Position numbers and translations under genes: made by a program | Part shown: one piece after another, positions 40,959 to 50,503 of the stretch | How positions within the stretch are numbered: position 1 is the stretch's first letter | Layout: each line of letters begins with the position of its first letter | Assembly (NCBI GenBank): GCA_963767925.1 | Contig: CAVYGB010000002.1 | Coordinates: 832,001-896,000 of the forward strand | From: an uncultured delta proteobacterium | GTDB lineage: Bacteria > Myxococcota_A > Polyangia > Fen-1088 | DNA: 64,000 bases | Direction of reading: 5' to 3' | The notes under the pieces: generated by a model | The model's database searches: none | Seen by the model: the letters and a program-made list of their open reading frames with translations, nothing else | What the model was told of the DNA's origin: nothing

Positions 40959-41910
40959 GGAAGACCAGCCCGATGAAAGCCGTCCCCAGGCCGGCGCCCA
41001 GCAGCCGGTTGTTGCGGATGAGCGTCAGCTGCACTTTCGTCCGGAACGGCTCGGGGACGCCGCTGGCGAGGTTGGGCCCTTCGGCCTGGGCGATGAGGAA
41101 CTCGATCTCGAAGGTGGGCGCCCGCTGCCACAGGCTGCGGGCTGTCGCCAGCAGCTCGCCGGTGGTGACGAGGGTGAAGGGGTAAGCGCCGGGGCCGGCC
41201 ACGTGGCTCAGGTCGAGGACCTTGAACTCGGCCAGATCGCTCGGGGTGAGCTTGAAGGCCCCCTCGATGATCTCGAGCTGGTCGGGGTTGATGGGCGGCA
41301 GCGGATTGGGGAGCACCCGGGGCCCCACCCGCCGCGGCCCGGGAAACAGGAGCCCCTGGGTGCTGCTGGGACCTTGCTGGCCACCCTCGGACGCGCCGGT
41401 CGTCACGGGCGCCGGCTCGGGCACCGCGCGCGCGGTCAGCGTGGTGGGCGCGCGGGCGACGACCGGGGAGGTCTTGATCTGCCCGGCGAGATCGCTGCAT
41501 CGCCAGGCCCGGGCCGAGACCGGGAGATCGGCGATGTTGGCCCGGTCGGGGGCGTCGCCGCCGTTCCAGGCGATGCTGTACTGATCGGGGCGCACCGTGC
41601 GTTGGGGCGCGGTCGCCCGCAGGCGGTACAGGACCACGTTGTTGTACCCCAGGCTCGACACCGCCATCTGGAAGGGGGCGTCGTAGAGGGGAGGCGTGCC
41701 CGAGGCCCCGGTGCAGCTCCGGGCCTCGAGCGGGGAGGTGATGATCTGCAGCCGCTCCTGCAGGGCCTGGCCGTCGTCGCGCACGATCCAGCGCTTTGTC
41801 GTGCAGGCCGCCGGCAGCAGCAGCAACAGGACCCCCAGCAGCAGACCCGGAGGTTGTCGGCTTCCCGCCGTCGTCATCAACGCCCTCGTCACGGTCCGGG
41901 TCACAGCCAT
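40939..41910 (-). CDS. Hypothetical lipoprotein with C-terminal TM helix
   Basis: LLLLPAAC lipobox; hydrophobic C-terminus. Confidence 0.6.
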   Translation of the reverse strand: MAVTRTVTRALMTTAGSRQPPGLLLGVLLLLLPAACTTKRWIVRDDGQALQERLQIITSPLEARSCTGASGTPPLYDAPFQMAVSSLGYNNVVLYRLRATAPQRTVRPDQYSIAWNGGDAPDRANIADLPVSARAWRCSDLAGQIKTSPVVARAPTTLTARAVPEPAPVTTGASEGGQQGPSSTQGLLFPGPRRVGPRVLPNPLPPINPDQLEIIEGAFKLTPSDLAEFKVLDLSHVAGPGAYPFTLVTTGELLATARSLWQRAPTFEIEFLIAQAEGPNLASGVPEPFRTKVQLTLIRNNRLLGAGLGTAFIGLVFLTGLVL

Positions 41911-42932
41911 GACAGGAACCGATTGACCAGCCCACCCGGGGTGGCGTCGAGGAAGACGCGCACGCCGAAGGTGGGGCCCTTGTCCTTCTGATTGATGAGG
42001 TCGTTGAAGGTCTCGAAGGTCAGGTCGCCGACCGCGAGGCGCCAGGCGATCAGCTTCTCGGGCAGCGGCCGGCCCCCGCCCTCGACGAAGATGCCGGAGG
42101 TGGCGGTGATGCCGACCTCGAAGCTCACCGGGAAGTAGTCTCGCAGCAACATCACGCCGATCGAGCCCTGCACCGTCACGTGGTAGGGCGCCACCCGCTG
42201 GAAGGCGCCCTCCTGCAGCCAGGGGATCGGCAGGCCGGCCGCCGCCAGGCCGGCCCGGGCCATGCCCGAGCTGTAGAGGAAGAACCAGGGCTCGAGCCGG
42301 TGGAGGCCGAACCCCACCAGGGGAAAGCGGAGGAAGCCGAGCTGGGTGTAGAGCTCGCTGAGGATGGTGCTCAGCGTGACCCCGGCGCCCACGAACAGGG
42401 GCGTCTTGAACAGGCGCAGGTCGCCGGTCTCCGGGCGGGTCAGCGACAGGAGCTGCAGGTTGAGCTCGCCCCCGTAGCCGACCTCGACCGCGCGCCGGAC
42501 CCGGCCCCGCGGCACGTAAGGGATCTGCTGTCCCCCGGGACAGCGGATCCGGGAGATGCCGCCGCAGCGGTGGATGAAGTGGTTCTGCAGCGACCGGGTC
42601 GGCTCGTCGCCCGACCAGCCAACGAACGCGGTCGAGCGCAGCAGCAGGCTGTTGGCGGCCAGCGAGGTGCGCGACAGGTTGCGGGTGCTCGAGGCGGAGA
42701 ACAGGTTCAGGCCGATCGACTCCCGGTAGGCCTCGCTGTACACGCCGTCGCCCGGCTGCCCGAACTCCGAGAACAGCAGGGTCTGGAACCCGAGCTGGCG
42801 GGTGGGTGCCGTCTCCGGGTACATCAGGCCCCCCCAGTGCGGCGCCGGGCTGGCCAGGTTCTGGGCTCCGGCCGGCGCCCCCGCCAGCAACAGGGCCAGC
42901 CCCGGCAGCGGGGCCAGCAGCACGCGGACCAT
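41901..42932 (-). CDS. Hypothetical exported, probably outer-membrane beta-barrel, protein
   Basis: Signal peptide (..APAGA-Q), alternating hydrophobic strands; LQNHFIH weakly recalls the LpxR/DUF2219 family. Confidence 0.55.
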   Translation of the reverse strand: MVRVLLAPLPGLALLLAGAPAGAQNLASPAPHWGGLMYPETAPTRQLGFQTLLFSEFGQPGDGVYSEAYRESIGLNLFSASSTRNLSRTSLAANSLLLRSTAFVGWSGDEPTRSLQNHFIHRCGGISRIRCPGGQQIPYVPRGRVRRAVEVGYGGELNLQLLSLTRPETGDLRLFKTPLFVGAGVTLSTILSELYTQLGFLRFPLVGFGLHRLEPWFFLYSSGMARAGLAAAGLPIPWLQEGAFQRVAPYHVTVQGSIGVMLLRDYFPVSFEVGITATSGIFVEGGGRPLPEKLIAWRLAVGDLTFETFNDLINQKDKGPTFGVRVFLDATPGGLVNRFLSWL

Positions 42933-43079
42933 CCGCCGGCCCCGGCGCGCGCTGATGCTGGAAGACGAGCCGCTTGCGGACACGATCTTGGCCCGCGCCG
43001 GTCTACCTCGAAACCCGCCGAACGCAAAACGCCCCCCGCGAGCGGCACGCCGCGGCCCGAGGGCGTAACATCGCGGTCG

Positions 43080-43571
43080 ATGCCGATCACGCTGGAAGCG
43101 ATCGCGCCCGAGGAGCTTCCGGCGCTGCGGAACCTCTGGGAGCTCTACGTCCACGACTTCAGCGAGTTCGTCGGGCGCGAGCCCGGATCTGACGGTCGCT
43201 TCGAGACCGACCGCACCTTCGCCGCCTGGACCGCCCCACCCCTGGAGCTGCTCTGGATCCGCCGCGAAGGGCGGGTAGCGGGCTTCGTCTTCCTGCGGCC
43301 CTGCAGCCACCTCGACGGCGACCCGGGCGTCTCGGACATGGCGCAGTTCTTCGTGCTGCGGGCCCACCGCCGCGCGGGCGTGGGCCGCACCGCCGCCGCC
43401 CTCGCCTTCGCCCGCCGCCCCGGCCGCTGGGAGGTCCGCGAGACGGCCTCGAACCTCCCCGCCCAGCGCTTCTGGCGCCGCACCATCGCCGACCTCACCA
43501 GCGGCACCTTCGAAGAGCGCGACTGGGAGAAGAACGGCACCCACGGCCTCGTGCAGACCTTCACCACCTGA
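43080..43571 (+). CDS. GNAT N-acetyltransferase
   Basis: LYVHDFSEF, QFFVLRAHRRAGVG, NLPAQRFW. Confidence 0.9.
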   Translation: MPITLEAIAPEELPALRNLWELYVHDFSEFVGREPGSDGRFETDRTFAAWTAPPLELLWIRREGRVAGFVFLRPCSHLDGDPGVSDMAQFFVLRAHRRAGVGRTAAALAFARRPGRWEVRETASNLPAQRFWRRTIADLTSGTFEERDWEKNGTHGLVQTFTT

Positions 43572-43616
43572 GCGCGTGTCGTCGCGCAGCCGCCGGCCCC
43601 GACCGGCCGGGCGGCG

Positions 43617-45296
43617 TCAGCCGGCGGCGAGGTGGTGGTAGGGGGGCGCGGTCTGGATGCGCGCGTCTTCCAGGGGGCCGCCGAGGGTGAAGTGGTAGAG
43701 GACCTGGAAGCGGTCGTCGGCCAGGCCGAAGGTCTGGTGGGTCATGTCGTCGAAGAAGCAGCCGATGCCGGTGCCGCGGATGCCCGAGGCCTCGGCCTCG
43801 AGGTAGAGCTGCTGCCCGACCACTCCCGTCTCCCAGAACAGGCGGCGGTAGAACCAGGGGCCCCAGGTCTGCAGCGGCCCGCGGAAGTCGGTCAACATGG
43901 CCGCCGCGAAGACCCCGTCGGCGGCGATCTCCTGGCCGCAGCTCGTCTGCTCGGCCACCCGGCGCGCGTCCCCTGCCTCGAGCAGGAACAGCGGCAGCTC
44001 GGGCGGGCAGCCCGCCGGCGTGGTCCAGAGGAACCCGGGGGTCATCGCGGCCCGCAGGGTCTCCCGGCGCGCGGGCTCGCGGAGCAGAAGGTACAGGCCC
44101 GGGTCGACCCCCTGCACGCGGTGGACGAACAGCAGCAGGTCGACGGAAGGCGCCCAGGGCAGCGAGGAAAATGGGATCTGGCCCGTCCCGGGCAGGAGCT
44201 TGCGCAGGATCTGGAAGAAGGCCTCGCTGGTGATGCCGCTGCGCCCGTCGAGCGCCACCGCGCTCCGCCGCTGCTGGATGATCCGGCGCAGACCCGGCGA
44301 CCCATCCTCGCCGGCCGGCGCCGCGGCGACCCCGGGAGGAGGGTGGTCCCAGTACTCCTCCGGCGGCGGGTCGACCTTGGCGGTCGCCGCGTCGACCTCG
44401 TCGATGATCGGCCAGGGGTGATGATCGGGGCTGAGGCGGCTGGGCGTGCCGAGCCAGTCCGCCGCGCCGAGAGCCTCGCGCGCCGCCACCGGCAGGGCGA
44501 ACCCGCGCTGCCGCTCGACCGGCAGGGCGGCGTCTTGCGGGACCAGGGCCAGCAGGCACTCGGGGCGCTCGGCCTCGATCCCCTCCTGGCGGTCGACCCC
44601 CAGCAAGCGGGCCAGGTCCCGGTCCGGCACGCCCTCCAGCAGGTGCGCCTGCCAGCCCAGCCCTGCCGCGGCGACGGCGAGCGCGCCGAGGGCGTGTCCG
44701 ACGTCGTGCTGGCAATAGCGGAAGCCCCGCTCGCCGTATTTCCAGGACTCCCGCCAGTAGATCGAGGTGAGGCCCACCAGCACGCCGCCGGGTGGGAGCT
44801 GCGCCGCCAGCGCGCTCCAGACCGCGTCGGGCAGCTCCAGCCGCCGCTCGAGGGCGTGCTCGCGAGGGGCGTAGTGGTACACGGCCGGGCGCTCGGCCAG
44901 GCCCGCGACAGGCCCGGCGATCAGGTAGCCCTCGGTGGGATGCAGGTTTCCGCTCGAGGGGTTCACCCGCAGCGACCAGCGGGCGCCCCCCGCCTGCTTC
45001 CAGGCCGACAGCGCCAGCGCGTCCTGCAGCACCTGCGACACCCAGCGCCGATCGAGCGGGCGGGGGGCGATGTGCCCGGGGTAAAACGCCGGCTCGTAGC
45101 GCGGCTCGTCCCCGACGGGGATCAAGTCGAGCGGCAGGAGGGGCGCCCCGGCGAAACGCCGGAAGGGATCCGGCTGGTTGGCCCAGTCGAGATGCCCCAG
45201 CGCCCGCGCGTACCGCCCAGGAAAATGTTTGGTCCGGGCGTGATACGCGAGGACCGCCGCCAGGGCCCCGCCCGCTCCCTGCCCGACGTCTTGCAC
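43617..45296 (-). CDS. SagB/ThcOx-like double nitroreductase-domain protein
   Basis: LDWANQPDPFR, RVNPSSGNLHPTE, WKYGERGFRY, QRRSA, TGIGCFFDD. Confidence 0.9.
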   Translation of the reverse strand: MQDVGQGAGGALAAVLAYHARTKHFPGRYARALGHLDWANQPDPFRRFAGAPLLPLDLIPVGDEPRYEPAFYPGHIAPRPLDRRWVSQVLQDALALSAWKQAGGARWSLRVNPSSGNLHPTEGYLIAGPVAGLAERPAVYHYAPREHALERRLELPDAVWSALAAQLPPGGVLVGLTSIYWRESWKYGERGFRYCQHDVGHALGALAVAAAGLGWQAHLLEGVPDRDLARLLGVDRQEGIEAERPECLLALVPQDAALPVERQRGFALPVAAREALGAADWLGTPSRLSPDHHPWPIIDEVDAATAKVDPPPEEYWDHPPPGVAAAPAGEDGSPGLRRIIQQRRSAVALDGRSGITSEAFFQILRKLLPGTGQIPFSSLPWAPSVDLLLFVHRVQGVDPGLYLLLREPARRETLRAAMTPGFLWTTPAGCPPELPLFLLEAGDARRVAEQTSCGQEIAADGVFAAAMLTDFRGPLQTWGPWFYRRLFWETGVVGQQLYLEAEASGIRGTGIGCFFDDMTHQTFGLADDRFQVLYHFTLGGPLEDARIQTAPPYHHLAAG

Positions 45297-45373
45297 GCCT
45301 GGAGCTTAGTGCACGATCTTCGAACGGGCGTCGAAGACCGTGCACGCGCGCGCCGAGATGGCGCGCCGGGGGC

Positions 45374-45880
45374 TCAGGGCTGGCGCAGGCTGAGCGGGCC
45401 GAGGTAGTCGCGCTTGCCGAGGCCGACGCCGTTGTGGCGGAGGATGGCGTAGGCGTGGGTCAGGTGAAAGAAGAAGTTCGGCATGCCGTGCTCGCGGAAG
45501 TAGTCCGGTGCCGACATGACCTTGCCCTCCCAGCGCGGCTGGCTGACCACCCGGGTGGCTGCCCCCTCGAAGTCCGCCGCGGTGAACGTCCCGAGGTAGG
45601 TCACGACCGTGGCGACCCGGGCCCGCAGCGCCTCCAGCGTCTGCTCGGTGTCGGGATGGGAGGGCGCCTCCTTCCCGGCGAGGCGCGCCGCCACCAGCTT
45701 GGCGACGTCACAGACCGACTGCACCTGCTTGGCGAAGGCGAACTGATCGGGCGCCAGCCGGAGCGTGAGGAAGACGTTCGGATCGAACTTCTTCGTCTCG
45801 GCGAAGGCGGCCGCCGCCACCAGCCACGCGTCGAGCTGCCCCAGCATCTTCTTCATCTGACCAACGGTCTCGAAATACAT
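45374..45880 (-). CDS. DUF1993 family protein
   Basis: RLAPDQFAFAKQVQ, PNFFFHLTHAYAILRHNGVGLGKRDYLG. Confidence 0.93.
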   Translation of the reverse strand: MYFETVGQMKKMLGQLDAWLVAAAAFAETKKFDPNVFLTLRLAPDQFAFAKQVQSVCDVAKLVAARLAGKEAPSHPDTEQTLEALRARVATVVTYLGTFTAADFEGAATRVVSQPRWEGKVMSAPDYFREHGMPNFFFHLTHAYAILRHNGVGLGKRDYLGPLSLRQP

Positions 45881-46002
45881 CCCCCCATCCTATCAACCCC
45901 CGCCCCCCCACGCCGGGGCCATCTGGCTTCCTTCCCATCACCGGGCCCCGCTGTTCGGGGCCCGAGGGTGCAGGCCCGCCACAGGCGGCGGGCCTTCGAC
46001 CT

Positions 46003-46046
46003 CGATCGGCGATCGGCGATCGGCGATCGGCGATCGGCGATCGGCG
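46003..46046. repeat. 7-bp tandem repeat (CGATCGG) x6
   Basis: Seen directly. Confidence 0.9.
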
Positions 46047-46537
46047 CATGCGTTCGAGGCCGTAGACGAAGCCTTTGCCCTGGAAGGCGGGTTCGACGCC
46101 GGTGGCGGTCAGCTCGAAGAAGGGGGGGGGCCCCAGGCCGTTGTTCGTGTCGGCCAGGCTCTGGTCCTGGTAGAGCAGGCCACTCCGGACGGACAGATCG
46201 CCTCGGCCAGAAAGAGCGGGCGAGGAAGCCGGATCGCGGGCGTCGCGCTGGGGGCGCCGGCGCCGCCTCCGGCTGCGGCACCGGCATCCGGCGTGGGCAC
46301 GGGTTGCGCGCCGGCATCGGGCGCGGGCTGCGCGCTGGCATCGGGCACGGGTTGCGCGCTGGCATCGGGTGCGGGCGGCGCCCCGGCATCGGGCGCAGGC
46401 TGCGCGCTGGCGGCGGACATCCGGCCGGCCAGGGCCAGGGCCAGGGCCAGACCCACCGCCAGCCACCGGGACCGGCCGCGGGCCGCGGGACGGACGGGGG
46501 CTGACCAGCGCGATGAGAGATCGAGGACGGGAGACAT
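46047..46537 (-). pseudogene. Frameshifted, truncated exported-protein gene
   Basis: Signal peptide and QPAPDA repeats, then the coding frame shifts (GDLSVRSGLLYQDQ...FVYGL) and runs into the 7-bp repeat. Confidence 0.5.
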
Positions 46538-46607
46538 GAGACGCTCCCTCCGAGCGCCACCGGGACCTGTGCGTGGGGGCGGTGCGCCGCGCGGCCGGAA
46601 CGGTTAA

Positions 46608-47367
46608 GAGCCAGCCGCTGAAGCCTGTGGAGAATTTGCGCCGATGGGCGAAACGAGGATCGAGGCCGGGACGCGTGCTCGTGGGCGTGTTCGAGCGCGT
46701 GTTCGTGTGGGGCGAGCGTTGAGCGGCCAGGCGGCTCTCGGTGCGCGTAAATCACGCGAGCCGAGGCCCGCGGGCCGAACACGCTCACCACACACGGACA
46801 CGAACTCGAACACGCGCTCGCACACGAGCACGACCACGACAGCCGCGGCAGTCATCAGGGTTGGTGGCGGTGCATGCCGGCGAGCCGAGTGAGCATCGCG
46901 CACAGCCGATCGGGCCACACTCGGGACCAAGCGCCACATCCTGACCGACGCCGTCGGCGTGCCCCTGGCCGTCACCATCACAGGGGCGAACGTGCACGAC
47001 AAGTGGATGGTGGGCCAGACCCTGGTGCCATGGTCCTGCGGGGCCCTCGTGGTCCACGTCGCCCCAAAGAACTTGTGCCTCGACAAAGGCTACGCCTACG
47101 CCGACTGTGAGCAGGAAGGTTCGCCGCCGTCGAATCGTTCCTCACATCCGCCGGCGAGGCGAACCACCACTGGTCGACTGTGTTCACGGTAGGCCGCGAC
47201 GCTGGGTGGTCGAGCGCACCAACAGCTGGCACAACCGATATCGAGGTCTCCTCATCCGCTGGGAACGCAAAGCCGAGAATTGCCTAGCCTTCGTTCGGCC
47301 CGCCTGTGCGCTGATTGCCTTCAACGCTGCCTCTCGTGCGTAATTCACAGGTTTCAGCGGCTCGCTC
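46608..47367 (+). mobile_element. IS5-family insertion sequence remnant
   Basis: TIRs GAGCCAGCCGCTGAAGCCTGTG / CACAGGTTTCAGCGGCTCGCTC with TAA on both sides; broken transposase TKRHILTDAVGVPL, DKGY, RWVVERTNSW...IRWERK. Confidence 0.88.
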
Positions 47368-47417
47368 TAAGTGAAATTGACTTTCAGATTCTGCTCCAAG
47401 CACCCGGCGAACCCGCC

Positions 47418-47439
47418 GGGGGGGGGGGGGGGGGGGGGG
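47418..47439. repeat. G22 homopolymer
   Basis: Seen directly. Confidence 0.9.
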
Positions 47440-47543
47440 TCAAGGGTTCCCCCGGGAACGACCGGCCCGCGCCACGGCCAGATGCAGTTGACTTGCGAAT
47501 TCAGCTTTGTTCTTGTCGCCGGGTCGGGGGTGGTGCGCTGTCG

Positions 47544-47850
47544 TCAGCTCGGCCCTCTTTGGTGATTCGTCCTTCCGACCGCTTCGCGGATCTTGCCCGC
47601 CACGTCGAGCTCGTGGGGGCTCGCGTTGCGCGGCTTGCCGCCCATCTGCTCGATCTCGATGCGAGCCAGATGGTCGGCCACCTGTCCGTCCGACGCCCCC
47701 CGCCTCGATGAGATCGAGCACGCCAGCCGCGTAGCGGTCGTATTCGTCCTGGCACTCGGGAACGTCGTTGACGCCGATCGGGTCCCAGTACCGCAGCAGG
47801 ACCTGGGCGACGGCCCGCTGCTTGGGGGTCAACCGGTCGTCGGGAGCCAT
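47544..47850 (-). pseudogene. Small WDPIG...DEYD (DUF1871/YugE-like) protein gene with +1 frameshift in a G6 run
   Basis: LLRYWDPIGV..DEYDRYA; removing one base at 47696-47701 gives LIEAGASDGQVADHLARIE...GPS*. Confidence 0.6.
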
Positions 47851-48368
47851 CACGCCACCCTACGGCCGGGCTTCGGCCTCGAGGCGGTGCCACGGGCTCT
47901 CTTGGCAGGCGCTGCTGTAGCGGCTCGGGGCCGGTCCCACATCCGCTCGAGCGTCGACAGCCCCACCTCGGGATCGCGCCCGATGAGCGCGAGGCTGCAC
48001 ACCAGGTGTGCGCTCGGCTCGCTACGCCCCTGCTTGGTCTTCGACAGGTAGCCCTCCGACAGCCCCAGCGCCGACTCCACACGACGCATGGGCAGGTTGG
48101 CATCGATGACCAGGGTGATGGCCCTCTCGAACAACGCCCGCAGCTCTTTGCGGTAGACCTGTTCGAGCGCAGCCTCGAACCGCTCGCCGGTCGCGGGATC
48201 CAGCCACTCGGCCCCGCAGTTGTCGCAGGTGGGGATCTCCAGATCGGCAGGGATCTCCAGTTGCGCGTTCTTGTACCGCGCCGTCCGGCCCGCGCCCTTG
48301 GTCGGTCGGACCTTGCCGATCCCGCACTCGCCGCAGCGCCGTTCAATGATCTTTGCTGTCTTCGACAT
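47850..48368 (-). CDS. MqsA/YgiT-like antitoxin (zinc finger + HTH)
   Basis: GAGG RBS; CGECG and CDNCG zinc ligands; LGLSEGYLSK..GRSEPS XRE-like HTH. Confidence 0.82.
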   Translation of the reverse strand: MSKTAKIIERRCGECGIGKVRPTKGAGRTARYKNAQLEIPADLEIPTCDNCGAEWLDPATGERFEAALEQVYRKELRALFERAITLVIDANLPMRRVESALGLSEGYLSKTKQGRSEPSAHLVCSLALIGRDPEVGLSTLERMWDRPRAATAAPAKRARGTASRPKPGRRVA

Positions 48369-48415
48369 GGTTGCTTCCTCTTTGTTTCGCTGGGCCCCTC
48401 CGGGGGTCGGTCGGC

Positions 48416-48782
48416 TCACCGCCGCGGTTTCGGTCCGGTCCATCCTTTCGGTTTGTGCACGCCGCCGTTGGTCCGCAGCGGCCGTTCCAGGGGGTGCAGC
48501 GAGATGGTCGTCAGCTCCTCGCCGGGCACCTGCTCGTCGACGTAGAACTTGAGGTACCAGTTCTCGTCCCCGTTCAGGACGTCGCAGACGTCTCCGCCCT
48601 GCTCGACCCGCTCGGCGTAGGACCGGGCAACGAGGTTGGCGACGACAGCCCGGATGGCCGCGTGACAGTCGGCGACCGTCGGGAAGAAGTTGATGGCTCG
48701 CTCCCGGTGGGCCCACACCTTGCCGGCGACGACCAAGGCTTGGACCTTCGCAATCGGCCAGTGCGGGGGCCTTCGCCTTCAC
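48416..48782 (-). pseudogene. MqsR-like toxin with +1 frameshift in codons 5-6
   Basis: Removing one base from the run at 48765-48769 gives MKAKAPHWPIAKVQALV...DV..WYLKF...TISLH; lies upstream of the MqsA-like gene. Confidence 0.65.
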
Positions 48783-48800
48783 ACAGATAGAGTGCCATGG

Positions 48801-48835
48801 GAGTGAGTCCCATTCGAGCTCATGGGGACTCACTC
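48801..48835. promoter_or_regulatory. Inverted-repeat operator upstream of the TA operon
   Basis: GAGTGAGTCCC-N13-GGGACTCACTC, perfect 11-bp arms. Confidence 0.6.
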
Positions 48836-49070
48836 GGCGTTCGGAAAGGGCCATTGGATCGAGGATATTTTGCGCGTTCCCGGGGGGCGGATCCGCGAGC
48901 GTAGTCAGATGGTGATCACCCGGGGTGGTCGGCCGGATGTGGCGGAATCCCTGGCGCCCCTCTGGATCGACCCCATAATCCTCGAGGTGCCGCCGGGTCG
49001 TGCCGCCGCCGCGACGAAGCTGGGTCCGGGTCCGGTGTTGGCGGCGCGCGCCGCGAGGTCATCGCTCTCC

Positions 49071-50474
49071 ATGATGCAGGCCGCAGCTCCCGCGAAATTC
49101 GCGTACTTGATCGGGGCGGCGGCGCTGGCGCTCGCCGGGGGGTGCCAGAAGTCGCGGCTCTATCCGGAGGGCGAGACGGGCGGCCCGGGGGCGGGGCCCG
49201 GCGGCGGCGGCCCCGGGGGGCCTGGCTTCGTGTTGCCCGAGCCGCGGACGATCATGCCGCCGCCGATGGTCGAGGAGAAGGCCTGCGCGACGGAGAGCCG
49301 GCTGCCGGAGCGCACGCCGGTCGATCTGCTGTTCGTTGTCGACGCGTCGAGCTCGATGCTCGAGGTTGTGGACGGGGGCACGCAGCAGAAGTGGCTGGCG
49401 GCGCGGGAGGCCATCCAGGGGTTCATGGCGGATCCGGGCTCGGCCGGGTTGAACGTCGGGCTGCAGTTCTTTCCCCTGCGGGCGGTTTGCGCCAGCGACA
49501 AGCCGGTCTGCCTGGGGCCGAACAACCCGCCCGGGCCGATCCCCGACTGTCCCTGCCCCTTCGGCCTCACCTGCGTCACGGCGGGGACCTGCACGGTCTC
49601 GGGCGGGGCCTGCACCGAGCCCGGCGGCCTGTGCGCGACCGGCGTCGCCGACGATCGCTGCCGGATCGTGCACGGCTGTCCCGGGCTGGAGCCGAGCTGC
49701 GACCCTGCCGTCTACCGCCAGCTCGCCGTGCCCTTCGGCGCGCTGCCGGCCAACCTCCCCGCGGTCATGACCGCCATCGGCGCCACCGATCCGGCGCGCA
49801 ACTCGGGGACGCCCACCGGCGTGGCCGTGGCGGCGGCCCTGGACGTGCTGCGGGCGCAGGCGCCCGCGACGGCGGCGCGGCGGGCGGCGCTGGTGCTGGT
49901 CACCGACGGCGAGCCGACCCGGTGCTTGCCGGGCGACCCTCTGGCCGGGGCGGCGCGCGCGGCGGCGGGGCGCGCGGCGGTGGTCGGACCGATCACCGCG
50001 GCCCGGATGGCCAACCCGGTCCTGTCGGTCTTCGCGGTCGGGGTGTTCTCCCAGAGCGACATCGCCATGGGCTTCTCCAGCATCGTCACCGAGGTGGCGA
50101 CCGCGGGCGGAACGGCCCCCTTCGTCGTCGCCGCCAACCGCGACCTCACCCAGGTCTTGCAGGAGGCCTTCAACCAGATTCGCCGCCTGGCCGTCCCCTG
50201 CGAATACCTCATCCCCCAGCCGCAGCAGAGCGTGCTCGACTACGGCAAGGTCAACGTGCACGTGAAGTCGGGGACCCGCGACGAGGACCTCCCCTACGTC
50301 GCCCGGGCCAGCGCCTGCGACCCGACCCGCGGCGGCTGGTACTACGACGTCGATCCCGCCTTCGACAAGCCGTCCCGGGTGGTGTTGTGCCCGACGGCCT
50401 GCACCGGCCTGCAGAACGACCCCCTCGGCAAGGTCGACCTGCGCTTCGGCTGCAAGTCCCAGATCATCAACTGA
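49071..50474 (+). CDS. Cys-rich vWA-domain lipoprotein (myxobacterial type)
   Basis: AGGC lipobox; DLLFVVDASSSM MIDAS, GTPT, LVTDGEPT; GGWYYD...LCP.AC tail. Confidence 0.85.
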   Translation: MMQAAAPAKFAYLIGAAALALAGGCQKSRLYPEGETGGPGAGPGGGGPGGPGFVLPEPRTIMPPPMVEEKACATESRLPERTPVDLLFVVDASSSMLEVVDGGTQQKWLAAREAIQGFMADPGSAGLNVGLQFFPLRAVCASDKPVCLGPNNPPGPIPDCPCPFGLTCVTAGTCTVSGGACTEPGGLCATGVADDRCRIVHGCPGLEPSCDPAVYRQLAVPFGALPANLPAVMTAIGATDPARNSGTPTGVAVAAALDVLRAQAPATAARRAALVLVTDGEPTRCLPGDPLAGAARAAAGRAAVVGPITAARMANPVLSVFAVGVFSQSDIAMGFSSIVTEVATAGGTAPFVVAANRDLTQVLQEAFNQIRRLAVPCEYLIPQPQQSVLDYGKVNVHVKSGTRDEDLPYVARASACDPTRGGWYYDVDPAFDKPSRVVLCPTACTGLQNDPLGKVDLRFGCKSQIIN

Positions 50475-50503
50475 CCGGGCGCCCGCCGCCGGCGGCCCCG
50501 AGA

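Noticed and set aside
39290..41185. 631-aa ORF spanning the kinase and downstream genes
   Set aside because: The first half is an off-frame shadow of the kinase and the tail overlaps an opposite-strand gene; only about 40313-40830 looks coding.
43617..45296. Azole RiPP biosynthetic cluster
   Set aside because: There is no YcaO cyclodehydratase or precursor peptide nearby; this is a stand-alone nitroreductase-family gene.
47850..48854. Single 334-aa protein
   Set aside because: It is better explained as an antitoxin starting at 48368 with its own RBS plus an overlapping frameshifted toxin; the middle part is off-frame.
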